Notes under the pieces: generated by a model
What the model was told of the DNA's origin: nothing
What the model saw: the letters and a program-made list of their open reading frames with translations, nothing else
The model's database searches: none
Program-made: the position numbers and the translations under genes
Shown: positions 26,101 through 35,284 of the stretch, one piece after another
Numbering within the stretch: the first letter of the stretch is position 1
Layout: each line of letters opens with the position of its first letter
Assembly (NCBI GenBank): GCA_902492855.1
Contig: CABUMU010000001.1
Span: forward strand, 1 to 43,232
Direction of reading: 5' to 3'
DNA from: an uncultured Collinsella sp.
GTDB taxonomy: Bacteria > Actinomycetota > Coriobacteriia > Coriobacteriales > Coriobacteriaceae
DNA length: 43,232 nucleotides

Positions 26101-27500
26101 TTAACGGTCGTTTCGTTGCCGATATGAAGTCGCCCCGCACCCCCGATAACGAGGAGCCGGCTGCCGAGCGCGCCTGCGACTTCCGCCCCGTCGACAAGGG
26201 CTTCACCGAGGAGATGGCGCTGGCCGAGGCTGAGCGCTGCCTCAACTGCAAGAAGCCGTTCTGTGTTGAGGGCTGCCCCGTCAACATCAACATTCCCCGC
26301 TTTATCGAGCAGATCCGCGCGAAGGACTTCGGCGGCGCTCTCGATACCATCCGCGAGGACTCCATGCTTCCCGCCATCTGCGGCCGCGTCTGCCCGCAGG
26401 AGAACCAGTGCGAGGGCAAGTGCATCCGTGGTAAGAAGTCCGAGCCCGTGGCCATCGGCCAGCTCGAGCGCTTCCTGGGTGACCGCCCCGAGCTCGCCTC
26501 CACGCCCAAGATGGCCCCCAAGAACGGCAAGAAGGTCGCCGTCGTTGGCTCCGGCCCGTCCGGCATCACCTGCGCCGGCGAGCTCGCCCGCAACGGCTTT
26601 GACGTTACCGTCTTTGAGGCCTTCTTTACCGGCGGCGGCGTGCTGGTCTACGGCATCCCCGAGTTTCGTCTGCCCAAGGCAGTCGTCAAGCGCGAGATCG
26701 ACGGCCTGGAGGACATGGGCGTCAAATTTGAGTACAACTCCGTCGTGGGCAACATGGCCACGGCCGAGGAGCTGTTCGAGCAGGGCTTCGACGCCATCTA
26801 CGTGGCGACCGGCGCCGGCCTGCCCAAGTTCCTCAACGTCCCCGGCGAGAACCTGCCCAACGTCTTCTTCGCGAACGAGTACCTCACCCGCGTGAACCTG
26901 ATGAAGGCCAACAAGTTCCCCGAGTACGACACCCCCACCAAGCACGGCAAGAACGTCGTCGTCTTTGGCGGCGGCAACGTGGCTATGGACGCCGTCCGTA
27001 CCGCCAAGCGTCTGGGCGCCGAGCACGCCATCATCGCTTACCGCCGTACCGAGGACGAGATGCCCTGCCGTCGCGCCGAGCTGCACCACGCTAAGGCCGA
27101 GGGCGTCGAGGTTCTGCCGCTCGTCTCCCCGCTCGAGTTTGTCGCTGGCGAGGACGGCTCCGTATGCGCCGTCAAGGTCCAGAAGATGGAGCTCGGCGAG
27201 CCTGACGAGTCCGGCCGTCGTCGCCCGGTGCCCATCGAGGGCGCCATCGAGGAGATTCCCTGCGACGTCGCAATCTCGGCTATCGGCACCAACGCCAACC
27301 CCTTCGCAAAGAAGATCGGCGGCAAGATGGAGCTCAACAAGTGGGGCTACATCGTTGCCGACGAGGAGACCGGCCAGACCACCGATCCCCGCATCTGGGC
27401 CGGCGGCGACATCGTCACCGGTGCCGCTACGGTCATTCTGGCGATGGGCGCCGGCAAGAAGGCCGCTGCCTCCATCACCAAGAGCCTGCTGGGCGAGTAA
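26091..27500 (+). CDS. nfnB: NfnB/SudA-like large subunit (GltD homologue)
   Basis: EAERCLNCKKPFCVEGCPV, CGRVCPQENQCE, GSGPSG, YGIPEFRLP, GGGNVAMD, AGGDIVTGAATVILAMGAG; overlaps nfnA; no gltB nearby. Confidence 0.85.
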   Translation: MPLVNGRFVADMKSPRTPDNEEPAAERACDFRPVDKGFTEEMALAEAERCLNCKKPFCVEGCPVNINIPRFIEQIRAKDFGGALDTIREDSMLPAICGRVCPQENQCEGKCIRGKKSEPVAIGQLERFLGDRPELASTPKMAPKNGKKVAVVGSGPSGITCAGELARNGFDVTVFEAFFTGGGVLVYGIPEFRLPKAVVKREIDGLEDMGVKFEYNSVVGNMATAEELFEQGFDAIYVATGAGLPKFLNVPGENLPNVFFANEYLTRVNLMKANKFPEYDTPTKHGKNVVVFGGGNVAMDAVRTAKRLGAEHAIIAYRRTEDEMPCRRAELHHAKAEGVEVLPLVSPLEFVAGEDGSVCAVKVQKMELGEPDESGRRRPVPIEGAIEEIPCDVAISAIGTNANPFAKKIGGKMELNKWGYIVADEETGQTTDPRIWAGGDIVTGAATVILAMGAGKKAAASITKSLLGE

Positions 27501-27528
27501 TCACCTACAGCGCTAGCCACCAAACGGC

Positions 27529-27566
27529 AAAGTCCCCGTCGAGCACACGCCCGGCGGGGACTTTTT
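27529..27566 (+). terminator. Rho-independent terminator after nfnB
   Basis: AAAGTCCCCGTCG...CGGCGGGGACTTTTT. Confidence 0.75.
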
Positions 27567-27582
27567 CTATGCCGGCCGACCG

Positions 27583-27617
27583 ACCGCCACAAAGGGGACA
27601 GGCACCTTTGTGGCGGT
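27583..27617. repeat. REP-like palindrome with GGGACAG core
   Basis: ACCGCCACAAAGG-GGACAGGCA-CCTTTGTGGCGGT. Confidence 0.7.
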
Positions 27618-27626
27618 TTTGGTCGG

Positions 27627-28250
27627 TTAGCCTTCGAGTTGGGCCACCTTGTAGCGGTAGGCTGCGGCAATAACGTCTTTGCAACCCTCGCGGCCCAGCT
27701 TGGCGCGGTTGACGACGATGTCTTTACCGCTCGTCATCTTCCACTTTCCGGCACTGTAGCGCTTATAGAACGCCTCGCGCGCCTTCTGCTGTTGCTTGAC
27801 CAGCTTGGCACCCTTCTTTTTGTTAAGGCCACGCTTTTTGCGCACGATCTCGACGCGGTCCTCAAAGGGGGCTGTCACCAACACGGCAATGTGGTTGGGG
27901 TTGTTGCGCAGCAGGTAATCGGACAGACGGCCTTCGATAATGCAGCTCTCGGTCTCGCCCAGATCCAAAATCACCTGGCTCATCTTTTGGAACAACTTAT
28001 CCGAGTACGAACGCGCATCGTAGCGGTCGGGCAGAAACGCCATGTTCTCCACGGCCAGGCGCTCGTCGTAGGCGGCCATCTTGTCGAGCGACTCGCCCGC
28101 GCGCAGCGAAGCACGCACCAGCAGCTCGTTATCGTACAGCGGAATCCCCAGCTCATCGGCGAGGATACGACCAATCTCGTGGCCCTCGGCGCCAAAGTCG
28201 CGCGCGATGGTAATGACCACAGGATTCTTCTTATTCTCCAGATCGCTCAT
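27627..28250 (-). CDS. Cytidylate kinase-like family protein
   Basis: VITIARDFGAEGHEIG...LGIPLYDNEL, SCIIEGRLSDY; ATG 28250 with AAGGA RBS. Confidence 0.82.
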   Translation of the reverse strand: MSDLENKKNPVVITIARDFGAEGHEIGRILADELGIPLYDNELLVRASLRAGESLDKMAAYDERLAVENMAFLPDRYDARSYSDKLFQKMSQVILDLGETESCIIEGRLSDYLLRNNPNHIAVLVTAPFEDRVEIVRKKRGLNKKKGAKLVKQQQKAREAFYKRYSAGKWKMTSGKDIVVNRAKLGREGCKDVIAAAYRYKVAQLEG

Positions 28251-28266
28251 CGCGATTCCTTTCTCT

Positions 28267-28297
28267 ATGTGACAAAGGGGCTGTCCCTTTGCCACAT
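28267..28297. repeat. REP-like palindrome with GGGACAG core
   Basis: ATGTGACAAAGGGGCTGTCCCTTTGCCACAT. Confidence 0.7.
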
Positions 28298-28298
28298 T

Positions 28299-28937
28299 CT
28301 ACGCTGCCACCATTCGCCTCTGATATGCGCGAACCAGCAGCGAGATACCAAAGTTGAGCACAAAGTACATCGCGAAAACCAGGCCGTAGAGCATAAGAAC
28401 CTGCGACAGGTCGATCGCGTGGGCCATCACGACGTTTGCCGTGTACATGAGCTCGGCCACGTTAATGCCCGAAAGATACGAGCTGTCCTTGATGACGGTC
28501 GTGCACTGGCTAAACAGCGCCGGAATGATCGTCTTAAACGTCTGCGGCAGAATGATGTAGCGCATGGTGGCAAAAAAGCCGAAGCCCTGGCTCTGCGCCG
28601 CCTCAAACTGGCCACGTGGAATCGAGTTGAGACCGCCGCGCACAATCTCGGCCATAACAGCGCTGGTAAACAGCGTAAAGGCGATGGTCGAAATCACAAT
28701 GTCCAAACCCTGCACCGTAAAGTAGATAAACAGAATCCACAGCAGGTTCGGCGTGCAACGGAACAGTTCGATATAGGCGCTCACCAAAATACGGAATGGA
28801 CGGGGCGCATAGCTCTTAACGAGCGCCAGCACCGTGCCAAAGATGAGCGAGAAAAAGATCGACAGCGCCGAGATCTCGATCGTCTTAACAAAGCCGCCCC
28901 AAATGTAGAGCAGGTTGGTCGCGTTGAAGATTTCCAT
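28299..28937 (-). CDS. Polar amino-acid ABC transporter permease
   Basis: YIELFRCTP, AEIVRGG...GQFEAAQSQG (EAA motif), IILPQ, IKDSS. Confidence 0.92.
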   Translation of the reverse strand: MEIFNATNLLYIWGGFVKTIEISALSIFFSLIFGTVLALVKSYAPRPFRILVSAYIELFRCTPNLLWILFIYFTVQGLDIVISTIAFTLFTSAVMAEIVRGGLNSIPRGQFEAAQSQGFGFFATMRYIILPQTFKTIIPALFSQCTTVIKDSSYLSGINVAELMYTANVVMAHAIDLSQVLMLYGLVFAMYFVLNFGISLLVRAYQRRMVAA

Positions 28938-28940
28938 GCG

Positions 28941-29687
28941 CTAGGCCTCCTCTACGTTGTCGAGTCCCAGCTCGGCCAGGCTCACGCCGCGCGGACGCTC
29001 CTTGGAGCGGCGCTCGAGCCACTGCACCAGCATGGCGAGCGGAAAGCAGATGATGAAGTACATAAGGCAGCAGACGATATATCCCTGCAGGTAGCCGTAC
29101 AGACTCACAAAGTTGTCGGAACGGTACATAAGGTCGCCGCCGGCCACGAGCGCCAGCACCGACGTGTTCTTGACCAGGTTGAGCGCCTGGTTACACAGCG
29201 GCGGCAGAATGATCTTGAACGTCTGGGGCAGCACGATGTACCAGTACGCCTGCGCACGGGTGAAGCCCTGGCTCTGGGCCGCCTCCATCTGACCGCGCGG
29301 AACCGCCTCGATACCAGTGCGGATGACCTCCGAAATGTAGGCCGCGTGATACAGACCCACGCCCAAGAAGCCCAGCACGAACGGCGCGATGCGCACCGGC
29401 TGGTCGGCACCGGTTATGGCCTGCAAAAACTGCGGACCGGCCATGTACATAAAGAGCACCTGCACGGGCAACGGGGTGTTCTGGTAAAACTCCACGTACA
29501 CGCGGCTTATGGCGCGCAGCACGCGCGAGCGAGTGGTAGAGAACACGCCCAGCAGCGTGCCCAGCACCAGCGACAACAGCAGGCCGGCAACGACCACTTG
29601 CAGCGTCACGCCAAAGCCCTCCCAGAAGGGCCCCATATTTTGAAATGTCGTCGACCAACGGTCGGCGTCAAATAATCCTTCGAGCAT
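28941..29687 (-). CDS. Polar amino-acid ABC transporter permease
   Basis: YVEFYQNTP, AAYISEVIRTG...GQMEAAQSQG, VKNTS; ATG 29687. Confidence 0.92.
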   Translation of the reverse strand: MLEGLFDADRWSTTFQNMGPFWEGFGVTLQVVVAGLLLSLVLGTLLGVFSTTRSRVLRAISRVYVEFYQNTPLPVQVLFMYMAGPQFLQAITGADQPVRIAPFVLGFLGVGLYHAAYISEVIRTGIEAVPRGQMEAAQSQGFTRAQAYWYIVLPQTFKIILPPLCNQALNLVKNTSVLALVAGGDLMYRSDNFVSLYGYLQGYIVCCLMYFIICFPLAMLVQWLERRSKERPRGVSLAELGLDNVEEA

Positions 29688-29712
29688 TTGATTCCTTCCT
29701 TGGACGATGTGC

Positions 29713-30591
29713 CTATACAAGACCCCAGGTCTTGACCTCTTGGTCGAGCCAGCCGTCGGCCAGGCGATCGCAAATCACCTGATCGACCACGGCCGAAAGG
29801 TCGCAGCCCTTCTTGGTCGCCACGCCGTAGCCCTGCTCGCCAAACTTGACCTCGGGCTGCAGCAGCTCAACGGTCTCGTTCATATAACCGGCCAGCGTGG
29901 AGCGGTCCATGGCAAAGACGTCGATATTGCCGGCGTCGAGCGAACTCTTGATGATGGGGTAGCCGCTAAAGGCCCTAAACTCTGGCTTGCAGCTAAAGCC
30001 GTTGTCCTTGATCATCTGCTCGATGAGGCCCTGTGTGGTGGCACCCTGGCTCACGCCAATGACCTTGCCATCCAGATCCTCAATCGAGGTAAAGCCCGAA
30101 CGCTTCTTGACCATGAGTCCCACGTAGTCGGTGCGGTACGGCGTCGAGAAATCCCAGCTCTTCTTGCGCTCGTCGGTGATGGTGTAGGTCGCCGCGACCA
30201 CGTCGAGTTGGCCGTTATCGATCAGCGGGCCGCGTGTCTTGGGCGTTACGTCGGTAAACTCGACAAGCTCCTGGGCGCGGGCCTCCTTGTAGCTCACGTC
30301 AAAGACAGCAGCGGCGATCTGATAGCACAAATCGACTTCCATGCCCTCAAAGCGGCCCTTGGCGGTGTCGTAATAGCCGTAGCCGGGAACATCCTTCTTA
30401 ACGCCGGCATTCAGATGGCCACGCGATTTGATGGCCGCAAGCTTGGACCCCTTGTCGGAGCCCTCGCCGCTGGTGGAGTTGCCGCAACCGGTAAGCGCGG
30501 TCCCCGTCAGCGCAAGCATGCTGGCGCCAGCCAGCTGCAAAAAGTGACGGCGCGACACGGCCGCCCTCGTCATATCCGTCATGTCCATCAC
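29713..30591 (-). CDS. Polar amino-acid (Glu/Gln/Asp-type) ABC substrate-binding lipoprotein, Tat signal
   Basis: SRRHFL twin-arginine motif, LTGC lipobox, GVKKDVPGYG, ATYTITDERKK. Confidence 0.9.
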   Translation of the reverse strand: MMDMTDMTRAAVSRRHFLQLAGASMLALTGTALTGCGNSTSGEGSDKGSKLAAIKSRGHLNAGVKKDVPGYGYYDTAKGRFEGMEVDLCYQIAAAVFDVSYKEARAQELVEFTDVTPKTRGPLIDNGQLDVVAATYTITDERKKSWDFSTPYRTDYVGLMVKKRSGFTSIEDLDGKVIGVSQGATTQGLIEQMIKDNGFSCKPEFRAFSGYPIIKSSLDAGNIDVFAMDRSTLAGYMNETVELLQPEVKFGEQGYGVATKKGCDLSAVVDQVICDRLADGWLDQEVKTWGLV

Positions 30592-30596
30592 CGCGC

Positions 30597-31328
30597 CTAG
30601 TGCAGAATCTTGGACAGGAACTCGCGGCAGCGCGGGTTTTCGGGATTATCGAAGAAGTGCTCGGGCGTGCCCTCCTCCAGGATGCGGCCGTCCTCCATGA
30701 AGATGACGCGATCGGCCACCTGGCGCGCGAAGCCCATCTCGTGCGTCACGCAGATCATGGTGATGTCCTCCTGCGCGAGCTCAATCATAACGTCTAGAAC
30801 CTCCTGGACCATCTCGGGGTCGAGCGCCGAAGTCGGCTCGTCAAACAGGATGATGGGCTGCTTGGTGCACAGGGCACGAGCGATGGCGATGCGCTGCTGC
30901 TGACCACCCGAGAGATTCTGCGGATACTCACCGGCCTTATGCGCCATGCCGACGCGCTTGAGCGCGGCGATGGCGATCTCGGTCGCCTCCTCCTTGCTCT
31001 TCTTTTGCAGCTTGATGGGCGCGAGCGTCAGGTTGCCCAACACCGTCATGTTGGGATACAGGTTGAACTGCTGAAACACCATGGAACTATACTTGCGAGC
31101 CATCTCCAGGTGATTCTTTTTGGTGAGCGGTGTACCGTCAATGATGACCTCGCCCGACGTGGGCTCCTCAAGATAATCGACGCAACGGATGAGCGTCGAC
31201 TTGCCAGAGCCGGAAGGCCCGATCATTACGAGTTTCTCGCCGCGCTTGACGGTAAGGTTGATATCTTTGAGCACATGCAGATCGCCAAAGTACTTGTTGA
31301 GATGCTTGATCTCGATCATGTCTGCCAT
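30597..31328 (-). CDS. Polar amino-acid ABC transporter ATPase (GlnQ-like)
   Basis: [44 protein letters not shown]. Confidence 0.95.
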   Translation of the reverse strand: MADMIEIKHLNKYFGDLHVLKDINLTVKRGEKLVMIGPSGSGKSTLIRCVDYLEEPTSGEVIIDGTPLTKKNHLEMARKYSSMVFQQFNLYPNMTVLGNLTLAPIKLQKKSKEEATEIAIAALKRVGMAHKAGEYPQNLSGGQQQRIAIARALCTKQPIILFDEPTSALDPEMVQEVLDVMIELAQEDITMICVTHEMGFARQVADRVIFMEDGRILEEGTPEHFFDNPENPRCREFLSKILH

Positions 31329-31454
31329 GAATGTCCCTTCCCTGCGTTTACATGAGTTGAACTATTGTACGGAAAGAACCACGTTTCCGCAGCCCACACT
31401 ACATTCCCGTAAAGAACCCGCAACCTTCCACCCACTCATTGGGGACAGCCCAGC

Positions 31455-31487
31455 AAAAAGGGGCGCGACCATGACGGCCACGCCCCT
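31455..31487 (-). terminator. Rho-independent terminator after yqeY
   Basis: Minus strand AGGGGCGTGGCC-GTCAT-GGTCGCGCCCCTTTTT. Confidence 0.75.
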
Positions 31488-31514
31488 CAACATCAACCAT
31501 GTACCGCTCGGCCC

Positions 31515-31958
31515 CTACGCAAGCTTTGCGCCGACGATCTTTGCTGCTGCCGGCTTGTCGAAGTTGCCGCCGGTGGCCTTGCCGAGTGCGCCCATAACCT
31601 GGCCCATTTGCTTCTTGGACGTGGCGCCCAGCTCGGCGATGACCTGCTCGATCAGAGCCTCGAGCTCCTCGCCCGAAACCTGCGCGGGCAGCAGGCTCTC
31701 CAGAATCTTGACCTGCTCGGTCAGGTTGTCGGTACGCTCCTGGTCGGTACCGGCCTTAATGGACATCTCCAGCGTCTCGCTCGTCTGCTTAATCAGACGC
31801 TTGATCATGCTGTTGACGTCTTCCTCGGTCACGTCGCGGCGCTCGTTAACCTCGATATTCTTCACCTCGGCCTTGACCTGGCGAATGATAGACAGGCGAA
31901 CCTTGTCCTTGGCCTTCATGGCCGCGATCATTTCCTTCTGCAGCTCTTCGTTAGTCAT
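31515..31958 (-). CDS. GatB/YqeY domain protein
   Basis: MIAAMKAKDKVRLSIIR, LLPAQ, KKQMGQVMG; GAGGA RBS before ATG 31958. Confidence 0.9.
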   Translation of the reverse strand: MTNEELQKEMIAAMKAKDKVRLSIIRQVKAEVKNIEVNERRDVTEEDVNSMIKRLIKQTSETLEMSIKAGTDQERTDNLTEQVKILESLLPAQVSGEELEALIEQVIAELGATSKKQMGQVMGALGKATGGNFDKPAAAKIVGAKLA

Positions 31959-32012
31959 CTGCAAATCCTCCTCAATAGTGCGGGCGGCACTCACGCGAGC
32001 GCCGCCCCATGA

Positions 32013-33236
32013 TTACTTAGTCGTCGACGAATCGTCGGTCGGACTCTTGGTGACGCCCTTCAGGCTGACGTTGTACGGCACGTCCTTGGGCATGGGGTTA
32101 ACGGTGATGTCGGCGTCCTTCTTGTACTGCTCCAGCCACTCGCTGTACGCGGTGCTTGCCGCCTGCGTCTTCACCACGTTGGAGACGTACTTCTTGATCT
32201 CCTTGGGCACCTGCTTAATGTCATCGACCTGATTATCGACATGGAAGTAGTCGGTGCACTTGATGATGTGATAACCATAGGTCGACTCGACGACGTCGCT
32301 CACATCGCCCTTATTGAGTCCCCCGAGTGCCGCCTGATAGCTGTCGACGAAGGTAGTGAGCTTGTCCCAGCCCACATCGCCCTTCTTCTCCTTGGAGCCG
32401 GTGTCGTCAGAGTACTGCTTCACGGCATCCTCAAAGCTCAGCTCGCCGGAGTTGATCTTGTCCAGGCACTCCTGCGCCTTGGCCTTGGCGGCAGCCTTGT
32501 CCTCGTCGGAAGCGTCGGAATCGACCTTGATCAGGATATTCGACGAGCGACGGGCATCGTTGTAGTTGGACAGGTTCTCATTGATGTAATCGACAATCTC
32601 GCTGTCCTTGGGCTTGCTGGTGGGTGCCACGGCATCCTTGAGCTTCTGCTGCGCCAGGCTCTCCTTGAGCGAATCCTTGTAGGTGTCCTCGGTGTAGCCG
32701 TAGGTCTTAAGCGTCTTCTTAAAGGTCTTGGCACCGCCCGCGCTCTTGCACGCGTCCTTCCAAGCCTTCTCGACCTCCTTGTCCGACACCGTCACGCCGT
32801 TTTCCTTCTGCGCCTGCTGAAGCAGAATCTGCTGCGCGTAGGAGTCGATGAGCTGCTTGCGGTACTTCTTGGGTGTGAGGTCGTTGTCGACCAGGTACTG
32901 TGCCCAGTCCTTGTCCTTGGTGTAGCCGTAGGACGTGCGCATGCTCATGATCTGCTTGGTCACGGTGTCCTCGGTGAGGTTGGTGCCGTTGATGGTGGCA
33001 GCCACGCCACCAGTAAGCTTATAGCCCGAGCTGGCACTTTCGGTCTGCGACATCAGGCCGGAGCACGCCATGGCCGAGACGGAGAGCAGCATCGCCAGCA
33101 CGCCGATAACCACCAGGACAATCTTGACGGTCTTGGACACATAGGTCTTGCGCTGCTTTTTACGAGAGCTGGAGGCGGCGCGGGACCGTTGCTCGGACGT
33201 CGGCGCGACCTCGGGGTTCTTTTTCTTATTTGCCAT
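32013..33236 (-). CDS. prsA: PrsA/SurA-like parvulin peptidyl-prolyl isomerase
   Basis: N-terminal TM anchor, AATING, SSNILIK, FEDAVKQYSDDTGS...GDVGW, ESTYGYHIIK. Confidence 0.85.
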   Translation of the reverse strand: MANKKKNPEVAPTSEQRSRAASSSRKKQRKTYVSKTVKIVLVVIGVLAMLLSVSAMACSGLMSQTESASSGYKLTGGVAATINGTNLTEDTVTKQIMSMRTSYGYTKDKDWAQYLVDNDLTPKKYRKQLIDSYAQQILLQQAQKENGVTVSDKEVEKAWKDACKSAGGAKTFKKTLKTYGYTEDTYKDSLKESLAQQKLKDAVAPTSKPKDSEIVDYINENLSNYNDARRSSNILIKVDSDASDEDKAAAKAKAQECLDKINSGELSFEDAVKQYSDDTGSKEKKGDVGWDKLTTFVDSYQAALGGLNKGDVSDVVESTYGYHIIKCTDYFHVDNQVDDIKQVPKEIKKYVSNVVKTQAASTAYSEWLEQYKKDADITVNPMPKDVPYNVSLKGVTKSPTDDSSTTK

Positions 33237-33310
33237 GTTTGGCCTTTCGCATCACGAATCGAACAAACGCCATTGTGTCACAACGCAGCCCCCGCGGCAC
33301 ACCTGGTGCA

Positions 33311-33420
33311 TGGGGGACGGGTTAATCTGCACCATTTTGGTGCAAAGGGGACAGGTCTGGCAGTTGACAGTTAGGGACGTTCCTTTTCTGCCGGCAGTTT
33401 GGGACAGTCCCCAAGTGCCG
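33311..33420. repeat. Cluster of GGGAC(A/G)-core REP-like motifs and hairpins
   Basis: TGGGGGACGG, AAAGGGGACAGG, AGGGACGTTCCT and CGGCAGTTTGGGACAGTCCCCAAGTGCCG within 110 bp. Confidence 0.6.
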
Positions 33421-33423
33421 ACC

Positions 33424-33891
33424 CTAAAAGTGGCGGCGGATGGCATCGACCATGCCTTGGCACGTGGTCTGGCCGAGCACATCGGCTGCGGCGTCGGCAT
33501 CCATAAAGATATTCATAAGCGCTTGCAGGGCTTCGACCTGGCCGCCCGGCTCGGCAATGCCCAGATTGATGATGATCTGCGCCGGCACCGGGGCACCCAT
33601 GCCCGCCATGGCATTAAACGTCACGGTCGATGCGGGCTTCACCACCGCGATATAGGGCTTAGCCACAAACCCCGGATCGGTGTGCGGGATGGCGATGTTG
33701 GCCGCCGGCATGGCAAGGCCCGTGGGATAGGCATCCTCGCGCGCGCGGACGGCATCGAGCCAACCGGATGTAATGTAGCCGCGCGGGGCAAGCTCACCCT
33801 CGAGGCGCGCAAACACCTCACCCGGCGTCGCGCACTCCCAATCAAAAAACACCAGCTCAGGCGAGAATAGCATCTCGGCGTTATCCGCCAT
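33424..33891 (-). CDS. PTS sugar transporter subunit IIA (galactitol/fructose-type, GatA-like)
   Basis: REDAYPTGL...IAIPHTD phospho-His motif; GGAGG RBS before ATG 33891. Confidence 0.85.
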   Translation of the reverse strand: MADNAEMLFSPELVFFDWECATPGEVFARLEGELAPRGYITSGWLDAVRAREDAYPTGLAMPAANIAIPHTDPGFVAKPYIAVVKPASTVTFNAMAGMGAPVPAQIIINLGIAEPGGQVEALQALMNIFMDADAAADVLGQTTCQGMVDAIRRHF

Positions 33892-33956
33892 ACCGTCCTC
33901 CAAAGTTGCATGAGGTTCACAATGCCCCATATGATAGCGAAACGAGACAGGCAAGG

Positions 33957-34430
33957 TTAGTTTAGGATCCCAATCATATCGAGTGCGCGGGCAGGCGTCA
34001 GGCAAACTTCGGGCATCTCCTCCAGCATGCGCCGGTCGCTCGTGACTACGTAGTCAACGTCTGCCGTCTCGCCCGAAGCGATGATGAGGTTGTCTTCAAG
34101 ATCCGGCATGCGCTTGCCAAGCATGCGCGCCATCTCGCACTCTGCCAACGAAAGCGGAGAGGCGGTTGCCACCTGCATCATGTGCTCAATGCAGGCCCAT
34201 GACGCCGAGGCAAACGACACGTTCATCCCATTCACGTTCCGCCGGGCTAGACGCCGAGGCAAAAGATAGAATACATCCTTTGCCGTCGTTGGCGCATACA
34301 GAAGGTCGATCTTTCCTGCCTCGGCCAGTTCAACCAATCTTCTCGCTTCGTCGAACGCCCCCTCTTGCAGGTAATAATCGAGCCAAACGTTCGTATCTAC
34401 CAAGAGATGCTTTGCCTCAATCATCAGCAA
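33957..34430 (-). CDS. PIN-domain (VapC-like) toxin
   Basis: LLVDTNVWLD, DLEDNL, YVVTSD acidic PIN residues; overlaps the upstream antitoxin. Confidence 0.85.
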   Translation of the reverse strand: MLMIEAKHLLVDTNVWLDYYLQEGAFDEARRLVELAEAGKIDLLYAPTTAKDVFYLLPRRLARRNVNGMNVSFASASWACIEHMMQVATASPLSLAECEMARMLGKRMPDLEDNLIIASGETADVDYVVTSDRRMLEEMPEVCLTPARALDMIGILN

Positions 34431-34765
34431 TTCGCCTCGATGTCGGCAATCATCGCATCATACATATCATCCCGTACGGCATCCCAGTCTTCCGCCGAAG
34501 ATTCGGCCGGTGCAAAATCCGACGCGCTCAGCCCCAACGAAGAAAAAGCCAGGCCACTTCCCTGCTCGGCCAGACTCTCCGCACGGGATGCCTCGCGCTT
34601 ATCCGCTACCATAAATCCCGGCAACGTTTGATGCTCGACGAGATAGGCCCAAAGCGCACGAATGGCATCGCTCGGCCCCAATCCATTGCGAGTGAGGACC
34701 GCATCGCCACCAGCTTTGAGCATAGGATCGATTCGCGTGTTGAGCTGCACTGTTGCTGTACCCAT
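34424..34765 (-). CDS. RelB/DinJ-like ribbon-helix-helix antitoxin
   Basis: VQLNTRIDPMLK...AVLTRNGLGPSDAIRAL...LP; acidic C-terminus; directly upstream of the PIN gene. Confidence 0.75.
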   Translation of the reverse strand: MGTATVQLNTRIDPMLKAGGDAVLTRNGLGPSDAIRALWAYLVEHQTLPGFMVADKREASRAESLAEQGSGLAFSSLGLSASDFAPAESSAEDWDAVRDDMYDAMIADIEANC

Positions 34766-34816
34766 AGCGGCTCCTTCCTACTTGCTAGCAGTATAGCAAA
34801 CCTGTTAGGTCACACA

Positions 34817-34848
34817 AAAGGGCCCCGACCGAGAACGGACGAGGCCCT
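34817..34848 (-). terminator. Rho-independent terminator at the end of the accessory block
   Basis: Minus strand AGGGCCTCGTCCG-TTCT-CGGTCGGGGCCCTTTT. Confidence 0.7.
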
Positions 34849-35049
34849 GTCAGATTGGTAGTGTCGAGAAAGGTGGTGTAGCGCCCGATCCGAAGCGAGT
34901 CGGCCTGGCGTCCAAGAATCTAGAATACGATTGATGCCCTATGCCGCCGACCGGCATATGAAAGCCAGCGGGCCAAAAGCCCCATGGCTTCTAGCCCGCA
35001 GAAACATCGATGTTTCCAAATGATCGTAGCTTGTGCTTCAAGCGCTTTT

Positions 35050-35241
35050 CTACGCTACCGGCGGATGCAAATCCCAATCGGGAAAGCAGTTTGCGAAGCC
35101 CGTGAGATTTTGGGTCAAAACATTGTTCTCAGCTTGCTTCAGTCGCTCGTCCTCTTCAAACAGACTATCGAGCTCGCTCAATGCATCGAGGTCCTGCATT
35201 GCAGCATCGTTATGGTCGAAATCAGTCACTTCATCAGCCAT
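35050..35241 (-). CDS. Small acidic protein with C-terminal FPDWDLHPP motif
   Basis: GGAG RBS before ATG 35241; last gene of a co-oriented operon. Confidence 0.6.
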   Translation of the reverse strand: MADEVTDFDHNDAAMQDLDALSELDSLFEEDERLKQAENNVLTQNLTGFANCFPDWDLHPPVA

Positions 35242-35284
35242 CTTTTTCACTCCATTCATGGATTATCGAGACAAATCCTACCGG

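Noticed and set aside
26091..27500. Glutamate synthase small subunit gltD
   Set aside because: No gltB nearby; overlap with an NfnA-like gene fits NfnB better
34850..34960. 6S, SRP, tmRNA, RNase P or tRNA-Sec gene
   Set aside because: None of the signature sequences I could check by eye is present; left as a low-interest finding only
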